Shown piece by piece: positions 10,358 to 23,935 of a DNA stretch of 64,000 nucleotides (position 1 is its first letter; every line of letters begins with the position of its first letter). Below the pieces are notes generated by a model, which was given only the letters and a program-made list of their open reading frames with translations, searched no databases and had not been told where the DNA came from. The DNA is taken from assembly GCF_006345805.1 (NCBI RefSeq), contig NC_043015.1, forward strand, positions 21,700,001-21,764,000, given 5' to 3'. The stretch is from Octopus sinensis. Taxonomy: Eukaryota. Both the position numbers and the translations under genes were made by a program.

Positions 10358-12588
10358 GGTTTCCTTTCATTATAACTTTATTTCAACTCCTTTAGTACTC
10401 TGGAGGACTAGTGTATCATGGACATTTTAGTTTTGCTATGCATGCTAAAATTATCACCACAATTATTTTTTTTTAGATGGAGAGAGGTTTGTGCAGTATA
10501 TTGGCTGCGCCATCAAGGCTTTCTTATGTAGTTCACATAGACTGAAGTTACCAGGAAGTTGCTTAATATACTTCTCAGATCCCTTTTTCACCATTCCCAA
10601 CGCACCAAATACTACTGCTATTATCGTAGTACTTCGCTTCCCCATTTTTGTGGTTTTAGTTTGCAGATCTTTATAGTGAGAAATATTTACGTACTCCTTT
10701 CTTGAAACATTTTGATCTTGTGGGACAGACATATCTATTATCAGACAAGTTCCCCTGTTGTAGTCTTTGATCACAAAGTCAGGTCGATTAGAGTCAATTT
10801 TTCAGTCTGTTTGTATTGTGAAGCGCCAAACGATGGTGATGGCCTCGCCAAATATTACATCCTCAGGAGGGTGCCTGTACCACTCATCATGAGATTTAAT
10901 TTTGTAGTACTTACAAGCATTCCACTGGATGTACTGCCCTAATCTTTCATGACTTATGAGGTACTCCTTTTCTGCGAGGACTGGACAGCCAGAAATAACA
11001 TGATGCGTTGTCTCTGAATTTTCCGGAAATTTTGCATGAAGGGTCAGATCCATCTGTAAGGATTTTGCATAGTAGTTCCTGGTAGGTAAGCCCTGACCTT
11101 GCGCTGCAATAAGAAAACCTTCTGTTTGCCCCTTCAGACCTGTCCCGTGTAGCTATTCATGCGTTAGATTTTGATCGATACCTGGCTTGTACAGGCTGTT
11201 AGGGTACATTTCATGCAAAAGTCTACTTTTCCAGTTGCCTTCGATATTATTCATACAAGCCTTTTTTTTAAATTTTGCCTGATGTTTTTGCCTTAATAGG
11301 ATTGTGAATATTTGGATCTCTTTGGTCGTTCTGATTGTAAATTTTTAAATTACGAAAAGCAATGGTAGGTCTGTCAGTCTCTGGTCATTTTATTGTTAAC
11401 TCGTAGGCCAATAGACTTTTTATATTTCTAAACTTCACAAGTGAAGGCTGATTGGAATCTTCATGCTTCAGTGCAGGTCGTAAGAGCACATCACTTGTAG
11501 TATTAAAGTACGTTTCAAGGCATATTATTGCTACTTTGAAGGATTATTCGAGCTGTATTAGGCCACTTCCACCAATTTTTCTTGAGAGATAAATGCTGTC
11601 TACATCTGATTTTGGCTGGTGCATTGGGTATCTTGTAACGATTTTACGGATCTTTCTATCCATATTCTTTATGTGAGTGACACTCCACCTAATAATACAG
11701 AAGCTATATGTGGTTACTGGTATTGCCAAAGAATTGATCGCATTAATTCTTTTAGCAGCATTTAATTCTGAGTTTAGGACCATTCTTACCCTTCGGTAGC
11801 ATTCCTTGAATATTTTCTCTCTCCTTTTAGAATGTTGGATAACATCCCCTTCATTGAATCCCAGATATTTCTATATTTCAGATTGATCTAGGTTTCGAAT
11901 TGCTGTGGTAATATCAAGTTGTATGTTTTCTGCCTTTATGAATTTCCCTGATTTGAAAGTAGCCTTTGCACATTTATCAAGTCTGAATTCCATTCTTGTA
12001 TCAGAGCTGAATTCTTCGACAATATTCAAGAGCTCTTCTAATTCTTTGTCGTTTTGGCCAACAGTTTTAGATCATCCATATAGAGTAGGTGATTAATTTT
12101 CTGGCCAAATATCTTATACCCTGTCTTAGAATTATTCAGTTGCGTCAATAAAAGGAACAGAGCAAGGCAGAATAGTAATGGTGATAATGAGCCACTTCGA
12201 GAAATACCACAGGTGATATTGATACCTTGTGAGGTTATATATCCTTATATATGGTTTAAAATGAGGGTGGTTCTCCAAGAATTCAGGATTACTTTTAAAA
12301 AGTTAACAGTTGTTGGGGCTATCTTGTAAATTCCAGGGTCCTAAGGATCCATGCATGGGGACACTGTCAAAAGCCTTCATGTATTCTATCCAAGCGGTGC
12401 AAAGGTTTCTTCGATTCGGTTTTCGATTTTCAATGACAATTCTATGAATCAGTAATTGGCACTTACATCCATATGAACACCTTTCACATCCATTTTGTGC
12501 CACCGGGAATCGCTTCATATTATGCTGTATTCGCTATAATAGATGTTAGTAGTTGATATATGGTGGCCAGACACGTTATCGGTCGGTA

Positions 12589-12589
<1 letters not shown>
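10358..12589 (-). mobile_element. Heavily decayed R4/Dong-like element (family D), truncated in RT motif 2
   Basis: Fragments read YRPITCLATIY (~12540-12588), CSYGCKCQLLI..WIEYMKAFDSVP, INAINSLAIPVTTY, HVISGCPVLAEKEYL and LIIDMSVP. Both flanks are (ATT)n. Confidence 0.87.
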
Positions 12590-12654
<65 letters not shown>

Positions 12655-12680
12655 CATTATTATTATTATCATTATTAATT

Positions 12681-12756
12681 TTGTTTTTCTTCTTTCAAAT
12701 TTGCTTCCATTTCTTGCCGAGTGTCTTCCCGACTCCTAGGGCAAAGAAACTCATAG
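12681..12756 (-). mobile_element. Orphan 3'-terminal fragment (~75 nt) of family C
   Basis: Near-identical to 8833-8903 (two substitutions seen); embedded in (ATT)n on both sides. Confidence 0.88.
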
Positions 12757-12773
12757 CATATTATTATTATTAA

Positions 12774-12859
<86 letters not shown>

Positions 12860-12914
12860 TTATTATTATTAATATTATTATTATTATTATTATCATCATT
12901 ATTACTATTATTAC

Positions 12915-12960
<46 letters not shown>

Positions 12961-13921
12961 ACTATTATTATTAATATTATCATCATCGTTTTTCTTGTTG
13001 TAGTTGCTCTTCATTTGCTAGTTTCAGGCATATTTCTACTGCGTCATCTGCAACGCGTCCGTGTTGCTGGGGTAGTTGTAGCATTGTGTGTTCTTCTCTG
13101 TCTTTGGGATTATTAACCACCTCCTCCTCCTCCTCATCATCATCATTATTATCATCATTATTTTTATTATTATCATTATTGTTATTATTATTATCATTAT
13201 TATTATTGGGTTGGTGGTATTTCTCTAGATTAGTTTTTTTCGGTTTTTTGTTTTTATTTTGAATTTGTTTATATATTTGGTTAGGATTTTTCGCATTTTC
13301 TTTTTGGTAATGTGTTTGAGAGAATAATAGAAATGGTTGGATTGTCTTTGTCCGCCTGCATCAATCAATTCCACTAACGCTGATGTCATGAAACACGCAC
13401 ACGTGACCATTTAAATTTTGGCACATTAAATTACATAATGATAATACACCACCATTTCACATTGATCAATTACCTCGTTCACTTTTGACGAGTTAAATGC
13501 AATCCATTTCATGTGCTTCTTTAACGTTTTATGAAAGAGACATTTTTTGTCGACTGAAACCATTCTGGAGAATATGAGCGAACCTGACAGAAAATTTCTC
13601 AAAAATTTTCTCTCACATTCTTCAAATGATCAGACAGATTTCATTAAATGACGGGTCGTGCTTTTCAAAGAACTCCACGTCAAATTCATTACCGGTGCTA
13701 GGATTGTTATCTTAGCGCTATTTTGTCTTCTCAGCAAGGTGTTAATTTTTCTTAGTTTTTAATTTTCTCCATTTTTCAGCGTTGAATCGGCTCTCTTTCT
13801 CTCTCTTTTTGTTGTCTTTTCATTATGAGTCTTCCTTATCTTCACATCCACTATTAATTCTCATCCAACAACTCTTTTCTCAGACTTTGTCCTTCTCCAA
13901 CAAATAATCACCTTCCTCATT

Positions 13922-14040
13922 CTCCTCCTCCTCCTCCTCCTCTTTTTCTTCTTCTTCTTCTTCTTCTTCTTCTTCTTCTTCTTCTTCTTCTTCTTCTTCT
14001 TCTTCTTCTTCTTCTTCTTCTTCTTCTTCTTTTTCTTCAC
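13922..14040. repeat. (CCT)n/(CTT)n microsatellite
   Basis: Direct reading. Confidence 0.95.
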
Positions 14041-14201
14041 TGTCTACTTCTTCGTCATCTTCTACTCCACATGCTCTCCTCCTCCCCTCCTCCTCCTACT
14101 ACTACTTTTAATATAAGAAATCACATCATCATCATCATTATCATCATTAATGTTATAGTTAAATCTTTATAATTATATTATTATTATTATTATTATTATT
14201 A

Positions 14202-14238
<37 letters not shown>

Positions 14239-14558
14239 ATTGTTGTTGTTGTTGTTATTTCTATTATTCTTGATGCAGTTACTGTTGTTCTATAGTTTTA
14301 TTATTGAATTTCACTCTTATTACTTCAAGTACGAAAGTAAATCACAACAACGTGAATTCAATTTTGGTTTTTCAGTTCCACTGATTTTCTTCTTTGCGAT
14401 CTGAAATCCCATCGCGTTCTTCAGAACGACTGGAAAGTAAAGAAGACACTGAGACCTAATTGAATTCTTCTTTCTAACATTGTATAAAAATAAGTGTTTA
14501 AAGTGTTGCAATATTGACTGCCCACCTATCTCTCTGTATATATACATACCTATCTGTT

Positions 14559-14607
<49 letters not shown>

Positions 14608-15181
14608 CTGTCTGTTTGTATGTCTGTCAGCGTGTCTGTCCGTCTGTCCATCTATCACTAACAAGCGGTGAAAGGTGAAGAGACCAGTACACAGAGAATA
14701 AAATTGATAAACGGAACTACTCGCACCACAACAGAAACTGTTAAAAAGAAAACACTTGTTTCATTTTTCTTCTCTCCTCTCCATTTCTTTAAAAAAAATT
14801 CAATATGAATTTTCAATAATGTACATATTCGCCGAACATTTACGTTGATATTAATATTTCTCCCTGTGAAATTTCTGCGAAAACTTGATGGTTTAAACAT
14901 GTTTGTCAAGTTTTCACCTTTTTTTTTTGACCGCTCCTAAATCTTTTACCGTGTTTTGAACTCTCCTGAAGCCCCGCTTTTTGTAATATACATATATACT
15001 TGAACCATTGATGAGCAAAAACTTGCCGAAACTAATTTTTTATGCGAATAAGTCTATTTAAAAGCGACTACATTTTTTTTTCATTCAGGTGCATTTTCTA
15101 ACCCCAAAACAAATTCTCTTACATGTCTTCCGTGCGTGGGAATACACTCCTCTCCATATATATATATATATAGAGAGAGAG

Positions 15182-15281
<100 letters not shown>

Positions 15282-15439
15282 TGATCGATCGATAGCATTG
15301 AGCTCCACCACCGCTCATGTCTCTCTGAGACTTTTAGAAATTCAATTTTTCTAATTTCGGTGATCAGTAAATAAATTTTACTGTAAGTAGGATATATTTG
15401 CGAAGAGGTTGCAGTCATCTCAGCGAGCGAGACAGAATA

Positions 15440-15487
15440 ACCTGGACTGACGACGAGCAATAGACTCAGAAACATATGTCTTCAGGT
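15440..15487 (+). ncRNA. Minimal type I hammerhead ribozyme (Penelope/retrozyme type)
   Basis: Stem I ACCTGGA/TTCAGGT. Core CTGACGA at 15447-15453. Stem II c-GAG-caataga-CTC-a. GAAAC at 15469-15473, palindromic ATAT loop, GTC cleavage triplet at 15478-15480. Confidence 0.8.
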
Positions 15488-15814
15488 GCTAGTCCCAGTT
15501 GGCGGGGGTGATTGCCTCCCCTTTGCAAATATAAAGACATAAAATGTGTCAAAGCCGACAGGAGGCGTCGCTGTTTCCTAGGGCTAAATGGCAGTGGTGT
15601 AATTCCCTGATGGGACTGTCACATTGAGTTGACAGTATACGACCACTATAATACATTGCAGATTTGGGAAGAAAACTTCGTCAGTAAATAATAAATGCAA
15701 AATATTTGCTGATCATGCACGCAGGAAAAATATAATTCATACCCAGATGTGAATACGTTTGTGAATGTACATGGATATAAACAAGTGTAGTACTGACTAT
15801 CTGTTACATATACA

Positions 15815-16560
15815 CGTGGGACGGCCGGATAAAAAGTTCATGGGCTGAACAGGATACTCTCATGGAATGTAAGCAAGTGAGGTCTACTTTTCAACATCGT
15901 CCCCTTGTTATCTGCACACTTCTTTCAACCTTTTCTTCAAAGAATCCAAGAAGAACAGATATGACGTCATAATTACTGCGATATTGTTCCTAGCCAAGTA
16001 TTTTCTCATATAGAGAAACAAATAATAGTCAGATGCGGCAAAATGGGGAGTACAAGGATGGTGAAGCGGTTCAAAGCTACAGTTATGCACAGGAACCATT
16101 AAAGCCAAGGACTTGTTCTTGAGCGCTAGCTTGATGAAAGAAGTCCACCTTCGTCAGTTTTCCTGGGCATTTTCATTTGATAACCTTCCGTAACTTGCCT
16201 CTGTTATTTGTCTTAGCACCCTCCATTGATATTGTGTCCCTGCAGTTTACTTCGTGCCCATATTATCACCTCTCAACATGTGGTGAACATGATCAATAAC
16301 TTGTTAGTTGGTGGTAGTTGTAGGACGTCCAGACGTTGAGTCATCTTCAAAATTATTCCTTCCTCTCCTAAATTAAGCTGCTCACATTTACACTGTTGAT
16401 ACGTTTGGAGCGTTATCCCCTAATCAATTGAACATGTCAGCATGATTATCCTTGCGGCTAATCTCTTTTTCTGAAAGTACTTGATAGCTCTGCGAATGGG
16501 AAATTTTGTCCATTTTCAAGAGAAGTCGCCACTATTTATTTTATATGTCTTCTTTGAACG
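15815..16560 (-). mobile_element. Decayed mariner-type DNA transposon
   Basis: Minus-strand fragments read LGDNAPNVSTV..FRRGRNNFEDDSTSGRP (HTH region) and FEPLHHPCTPHFAASDYYLFLYMRKYLA (YSPDL-like). A TIR-like end lies near 15815. Confidence 0.8.
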
Positions 16561-16688
16561 ATAAGATGTCAGTTTACATGGCAAGAAATAATGGACTTGA
16601 GACGAAGAGTTGAAATTAATGCATGCGTACAAGATTTCACATCTCCAGCATCATTTCTTCGTACTCAGTTTGCGAACATTATAATCCA

Positions 16689-16732
<44 letters not shown>

Positions 16733-17151
16733 ACACACACACACACACACTGTATAAACATTCAGTCATCATCGTATGCGTACATGCATATATCTATATA
16801 TACGCAAGCACACACACACACACACATACACATAGGAACACACACACGCACAGATTGATAGGTAGGTAGATATCTACGAAGGATGCATATGCCTCCTTGT
16901 GCGTGGTGCCCGTATCAGAGAGTTTTACCGTCTTAAACACAATCAATTATATTTTCTGATTTCCAACACACAGTTTGTCTTATTTACATCAACGCACATT
17001 CCCTTACACCGATACGCTAATAGATCATCTGCTGGTGCTGATCTGCTAATCTTCTATTCTCTTTATTTTCTGTTTCATTCTTTTCATTTAATCAATATCA
17101 ATCTCTACGAAAAAGCTGAATGTTTGACGATTTATCTTCTTGCGCGTGACA

Positions 17152-17247
<96 letters not shown>

Positions 17248-17594
17248 TCATATATACATAGACATGGACACACACACACATATGCACATATATACATACC
17301 TTTATATATACGTGTATATTGTTATACATATGTGTGAGTGAATGTGCGGTTATGTCTGTAGGAATGAGTATTTACAACTAGATATATTGGAATGCATAAA
17401 TATATAAATATGTAAGAATAACAAACACACGTAATACCACACTCACATGGCATATAATCATATATAAGTCACACAAACACACATATAAACATATGTGCAT
17501 CTTTTTATATAAATACATACACTCACGCACATGCACACAATTATTATGTGTTAATATGTACACATTCATCTATATATCTATCTATCTATCTATC

Positions 17595-17647
<53 letters not shown>

Positions 17648-17655
17648 CCTATTTA

Positions 17656-17717
<62 letters not shown>

Positions 17718-18125
17718 GCATATAATATACACACATACACATACGCACACACATATATATATACATGTATGCATTTATGTATGTGTGTGTCTGTATGTAT
17801 GTACATGTATTTATCTGTACATGTAGGTAGACGCAGTTGCACAAACGGGTTCTGCTATTAATTTCTCATGCGGTATTGCACACCTGTACACCCCTAGGGT
17901 ATGGCCATCACAACATTCTTCACACAGAAGAAACTTCCAAACATGTGTTCGATGTCATGATATCCAATTATTTATATCATGTCATACTGTTTAGGTTTCT
18001 CCCCTACTTCTGATGCCACGGATCCTGCAGTTCACTTCGTGCTCACACTGTAAATACAAATCTGTTGATATTGTTTTACAGTGAAACGGGGCATGCTTTT
18101 TCTACTTGTATATACTTATACATAC

Positions 18126-18187
<62 letters not shown>

Positions 18188-18188
18188 C

Positions 18189-18220
<32 letters not shown>

Positions 18221-18950
18221 GCATATATAAAGACACACACTTATATGTACGTATATATATATATATATATTTCTATATGCATAAGTACCTGTGCATAGTA
18301 TGTGGATACTCATATATACCGATCTATTATATTGTGTGCATATGTGTGTGCGTGTGCGTGTGTGTCTCTGTGTGTCTGTGTTAATATCTCGTGTATGTAG
18401 GTTTCAATTAAATCAGAATATTCTTACGTAGATGTATATATATATATATATATATACGGAGAGAGAGAGTGAGAGACGGAGAGAGGGAGCGAGGGAGAGA
18501 GATGAACAGACAGACCAACAGACAGGTAGATAGATAGTTAGATGTGTATATAGAATATTAGGGCTTTAGTTTACTGGTGGTCTAAATGAATAGGTACACT
18601 GTGTAGGTACTATAAGTGGTCATCCGTTAAGTTCCATGTTCATACCTGAGGCTGGAGCTAGGGAGGAAAACAAGTAAAAAAAATTTCACATGATAGAAAA
18701 TAAAGAATAAAATAGTCAATAGAAGAATATAGACAGGAGACTAAAGTTTACAGATCATCTTCTTTTAGAGGTAATGGAGTTTGGTCTCTACTTCCGTGGC
18801 CGTATAGGTCCTTAGATATAATCCCAGGTGAATCCAGGAGGTATTTTGAATATTGCGTTCACTTTGAGGGAGTCTGTATTCTTCTATCTACAATCTTATC
18901 ATTTTATATACTGTGAATTCCCTGTCTAGAACATTTATACATATTCATCT

Positions 18951-19026
18951 TGTCTCTGATGACGGAATGCCCTGTGTATGGAGATGGTAACCTGACTTGG
19001 GATATCCCAGAAACAGCTGCAAGACA
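18951..19026 (+). ncRNA. Decayed type I hammerhead ribozyme in a probable Penelope pLTR remnant (~18560-19140)
   Basis: Stem I TGTCT/AGACA, CTGATGA at 18956-18962, long imperfect stem II, GAAAC at 19010-19014, palindromic AGCT loop. The cleavage triplet reads GCA instead of GTA. Confidence 0.7.
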
Positions 19027-19140
19027 TCAAATAATTAATTAATTACCTCAAATGTACCTTAGTCTAATTAAATATTCTAAATGACATGATATACTCGTCC
19101 TACCTTAGTTTTTGTTGTCCTCTTCCCTCCAATATATATC

Positions 19141-19556
19141 CTTTAATTTGTTTCAGTCATTTCACTGCGGCTATGCCGGAGCACCGCATTTAGTCGAACA
19201 AATAGACCCCGGGACTTATTCCTTGTAAGCCTAGTACTTATTCTATCGGTCTCTGTTGCCGAACCGCTAAGTTACGGGGACGTGAACACACCATCATCAC
19301 TTGTTAAACGATGGGGGCGGATACAAACACCTTACACACACACACACACACACACACCACACACATACACACACACACACATACACATATATATATATAT
19401 ATATATATGACGGGCTTCTTTCAGTTTCCGTCTACCAAATACATTCAACAGGCTTTAGTCGGCGCGAGGATATAGCAGAAAACACTTTCTCAGTGGCTGA
19501 ACGCGGGTTCATGTGGTTGGTAACCAAGCTACTTCCCACACAGTCACTCCTGCGCC
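19141..19556 (-). mobile_element. SINE family A, full length
   Basis: tRNA-like head GGCGCAGGAGTG.CTGTGTGG, central CA/TA microsatellite and shared 3' tail. Confidence 0.9.
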
Positions 19557-21271
19557 TATATCTAAGTATATATAAAGTTAAAATAAACCTGCATGCATAG
19601 CTAACTCTCCTTAAGAGGTGGATGTCGAGGCTATTATTATATGCATCATGCATTGCTTTGTAATACACCTCGACAAGTGCAACCAACCAAATAACACGGA
19701 GTTGCAAGTGTTTTGTCACGAGATTTGATGAAAAATAACAACACGCGCACAAACACACACTCACGTGATCACTTGTTGAAAGAGTAGGAAACAAATTTCC
19801 AATGAAAGTTTTTAATGTATTAATACGTACTTTTGTTAGTTTATTGAGGAGCGGTCATGCTGGAGAAGTCTGGTACCGCTAGTTTACTGGGACGTTAACT
19901 AGCCAGGTTAGATGGAACAGCGAAAAAACAAATGCAGGTTCAAACGTTCAGTATCAGCGACATTCATACCTACCTACCTACCTACCTACCTACCTACCTG
20001 CCTACCTCCCTACCTACCTACCTACCTACCTACATACATACATACATACATGGTGGTTGCCCTCTCGTTATCGAGTATGGCCAATGCACGAAGCTTAATC
20101 AATGTTGTTATCGTGCAATGGCTGGGCAAGAAGATTTTTTTTTAAAGTGAGGAAAGGCTTTGCACTGAATCAATCCCACTCACTAAGCAGCAGCATCCAT
20201 AATCCGAAAAGAAGAAAAAGTCAACATCATCGGTAACCACTGAGCCGCAGGTTTTATGTCGGAGTCATCCCAGTTACCTGAGTCACCTTCTCCTAGAAGG
20301 ATTCTCTAACAAAGGCTAGGAGTCCTTCACTCCCAATGGTTTAACCGCGCGATCGGGTATTCAGTCCGATTATTTCTATGTCCCCACGCATGATACAGCC
20401 TTAAGACATTTATTGGATAGCCGTTGACTATCAAGAGTTCCTCAGCCCTTTGACGGGTTTTATTTTTCATCCCGCAGGGTGTCCAATAAACACCCTCCTC
20501 GCCAAGCAAGCTTGGTGGGGTTGCCAATGGCCTCTGTAGCAAAACACGTGCAAGAAAAAATATTACAGTTGAATAAAGGAAATTTGGACCCCAGAACTCT
20601 CTGCATTCAATAAAACAGTACTCCGGTCTATTGAGAAATCTGCAGTGACTCTATCCAGATTACATGTCCTTGTATACCTGTAATTATTAGGGCCGTTGCA
20701 TATCTAACACACTGCCTAAATACCAATCTTCAGAAATTAGGCTTCTTAAAACCAGAAAGAGAAACCTAATTCGAAGAGTACAGATTGAATCCATTACCGG
20801 AGCTGTAAACATCTGTAAAATCATTTAAATATATATGAGAATGTCTAGATATGCAACTATAAGCATGAGATTGCATACATAAAATGAAGCATGCAGATAT
20901 GCACATATGCAGACATAGATGCAAAAATACCCTGTTGTTGATGTTGAAATTCCCTTGAAGGGAAGCTTGGATCAAGGTTAGAAACCGGCTCTTTCTCTAT
21001 GGGTAATTAATATTGAAATAAAACTGAATAATGACATACATTCATAGATGCACATGTGTATACAGAGACACGGATAGATAGACAAACAGACACACAGACA
21101 GACATAGATACATTGATAGATAGATAGATAGATAGATAGACAGACAGTTATACAGATACATAAATAAGATAGACGGATAGACAGATAGAGAAAGAGACAG
21201 ATAAATATACAGACGGACAGATATACAGATAGATATTTCATAAATATATATATATATATATATATATGTGT

Positions 21272-21323
<52 letters not shown>

Positions 21324-21327
21324 TATG

Positions 21328-21359
<32 letters not shown>

Positions 21360-21385
21360 CACATATACATACACACATATATATA

Positions 21386-21426
<41 letters not shown>

Positions 21427-21431
21427 TATAT

Positions 21432-21537
<106 letters not shown>

Positions 21538-21545
21538 AGAAAGAT

Positions 21546-21723
21546 ATGACGGGCTTGTACACACTTTTTCGTCTACCAAATTCTTTTACCAGGCATTTGT
21601 TGGCTCGAGGCTATATAAGAAGACTCTATACTAGAAGATACTCAATGATTCTCTCAGTGGGACTAGATCCTAAACCAAACGGATACAAATCAAGCTCCTT
21701 AAACACTCCGCTATACTTGCGCC
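21546..21723 (-). mobile_element. SINE family A, decayed 5' half
   Basis: Matches the head and core of the 19141-19556 copy. Confidence 0.7.
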
Positions 21724-22142
21724 TGTACATCTTATTATTTCTTGTTGCTAATAAGAAATAAAATATCTTCAATTGAAATCTATTTACGGCAGTGCAATTT
21801 TAAGATGAAATTATCATTCTGGGCTTGAGTTAATTCTTAACTGCTGTTGGTTAGTCTACATGAATGGAATATGTCTCCGGGTAGTAAGACGTGTAAATGA
21901 TGATAATGCGAACGGAGAACTACTGTTTATGCATTTCAGTGATGTGGCTGGTATCGGGTTTGTGGTATGGATTGTATCAGTAGTAAAATCAAGAGTGACT
22001 TTCAGTATTATGCAGCAAAGATATCCAAGCATGTATACAAATACGGGTTTGTATGTATGTGGGATTTGCACGCGCACAGATAAACACACACATGCATACA
22101 ATCATATTATATATATATGGCTATCGATATGCATACTCACAA

Positions 22143-22203
<61 letters not shown>

Positions 22204-22206
22204 CGG

Positions 22207-22250
<44 letters not shown>

Positions 22251-22336
22251 CATATATATATATACATGCCTATATATATGTATATATATAGATAGATAAA
22301 TAAATAAATAATAAAATATATATATATATATTATAT

Positions 22337-22368
<32 letters not shown>

Positions 22369-22986
22369 CACAGACACACACACACCCATAGATATAGATA
22401 GGGAGTGCGAGGGAAAGTGAAATTCACATAGACATGCATATGTATGTTATCGATGACAATCGCAAAGCACTCGCACTAACGCTCATATACCTTTTTTTGT
22501 ATCCCTCTCCTACTGTCACTCACTCCCCCTCTCTCTTTATTGCTCTACCACACATTATATGTATGTTCATATTATTATTTCTTTATTTATGATAAATATA
22601 TTCTGTCACGTAAATTGTATTTCTTGCGAGATTAACACAATATTCTGCTGAATGTCCTCAAACAAAAATTCAATTAACATAAACCAGAAAAGAAAAAATA
22701 AAGCTAAAAAGACAAAAATCAAAAACCACACAAAAAAATGTACAAAGCTTAATACAATTAATATAGAAATATAGATCTCTTTCATTATATTGTTATACAT
22801 GAAGAAATATATATATTTTTTAAAGTATACTTATAAAAACATAATATTTAAAAGACAGGCTATAAATATATCTTGTCATTTCGTGTGTCTATCAACGAGA
22901 ATTCAACAAACGGCACCATTGCAAACCAAATGCCCTTTTTTTATACACACCAAAGCCTGATGAAATTATTAATTGTTAATCACAGC

Positions 22987-23208
22987 AGAGGAATGAACTG
23001 GTTGAAGTGGTCGCATTCTCGGTGAAATGTTTAGCGGTATATCGCCCGCCTTTACGTTTTGTGTTCAAATATCGCTGAAGTTGATTTAAGCTTTCATCCG
23101 TTCGGAGTCGATGAAAGAAAGAGCACGCTAAGCAGAGGGGTGGATGTTATTGACTGGAACCCTCACCCCATCAAATTTCAGTCCTTGGGCTTATAGTAAA
23201 TAGGATTA
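22987..23208 (+). mobile_element. SINE family B, decayed
   Basis: GAAATGTTTAGCGGTAT..TTTACGTT.TG.GTTCAAAT..CTTTCATCC.TTCGG.GTCGAT core. Confidence 0.8.
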
Positions 23209-23620
23209 TCATAGCACAAGATCCGGCAGAATCGTTTGAACATCGGCTTAAATTCCATGCTTTATTTTTGTGGATTTATGACCTCCAACTTCAAAATATT
23301 CCAAGAACAAATTCATGTTTCGTACATTTGGTGTCGTAATGTCCAAGCAAGGTATTGGGACCCACGTCATCGACTTTTCACTCCCTTCAATTCCTGGCAG
23401 TAGTGAAATGAAAGACCGTTTCTTGTTTCATCCATCTTCGCTCTTATTTCGGATCGACCTAGGCTCGAAACCACACATTCACTGTTTGCAATCAAAAAAA
23501 CTATCAAATATATCTCAATCTACATGGTTTCCTGTTCTCGAAGTAATTGAAAGCTTTCCTTTCTAAAACCTTTTTTAAACGCAAGGAATTCGGTTTCTGA
23601 CGTATGGTATCATATATATG

Positions 23621-23665
<45 letters not shown>

Positions 23666-23728
23666 TTTTTGATGCTCTCATAATGGTTAGATCTATATTG
23701 CTATATCGCTCTTATTAGCCATCATATT

Positions 23729-23935
23729 AAGGCAGTGAGGTGATAGTGCGTTTAGAGATTCAGAATAATATACTTTAATGGCATTTCTTCACAGTCTTTC
23801 CCTTCTGATTTCAAATGGCTCTCCGGTCAACGTTGCCTTTTATCCGTCAAGGGTCTATAAAATAAAGAACCAGCCCAGTTCAGGGGTAAATGGTATCGAT
23901 TAATCAACTCTTCTCAGTATTGCTAGCTTAATATT
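23729..23935 (+). mobile_element. SINE family B, strongly decayed
   Basis: AAGGCAGTGAG head and GGTCAAC.TTGCCTTT.ATCC core. Confidence 0.6.
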
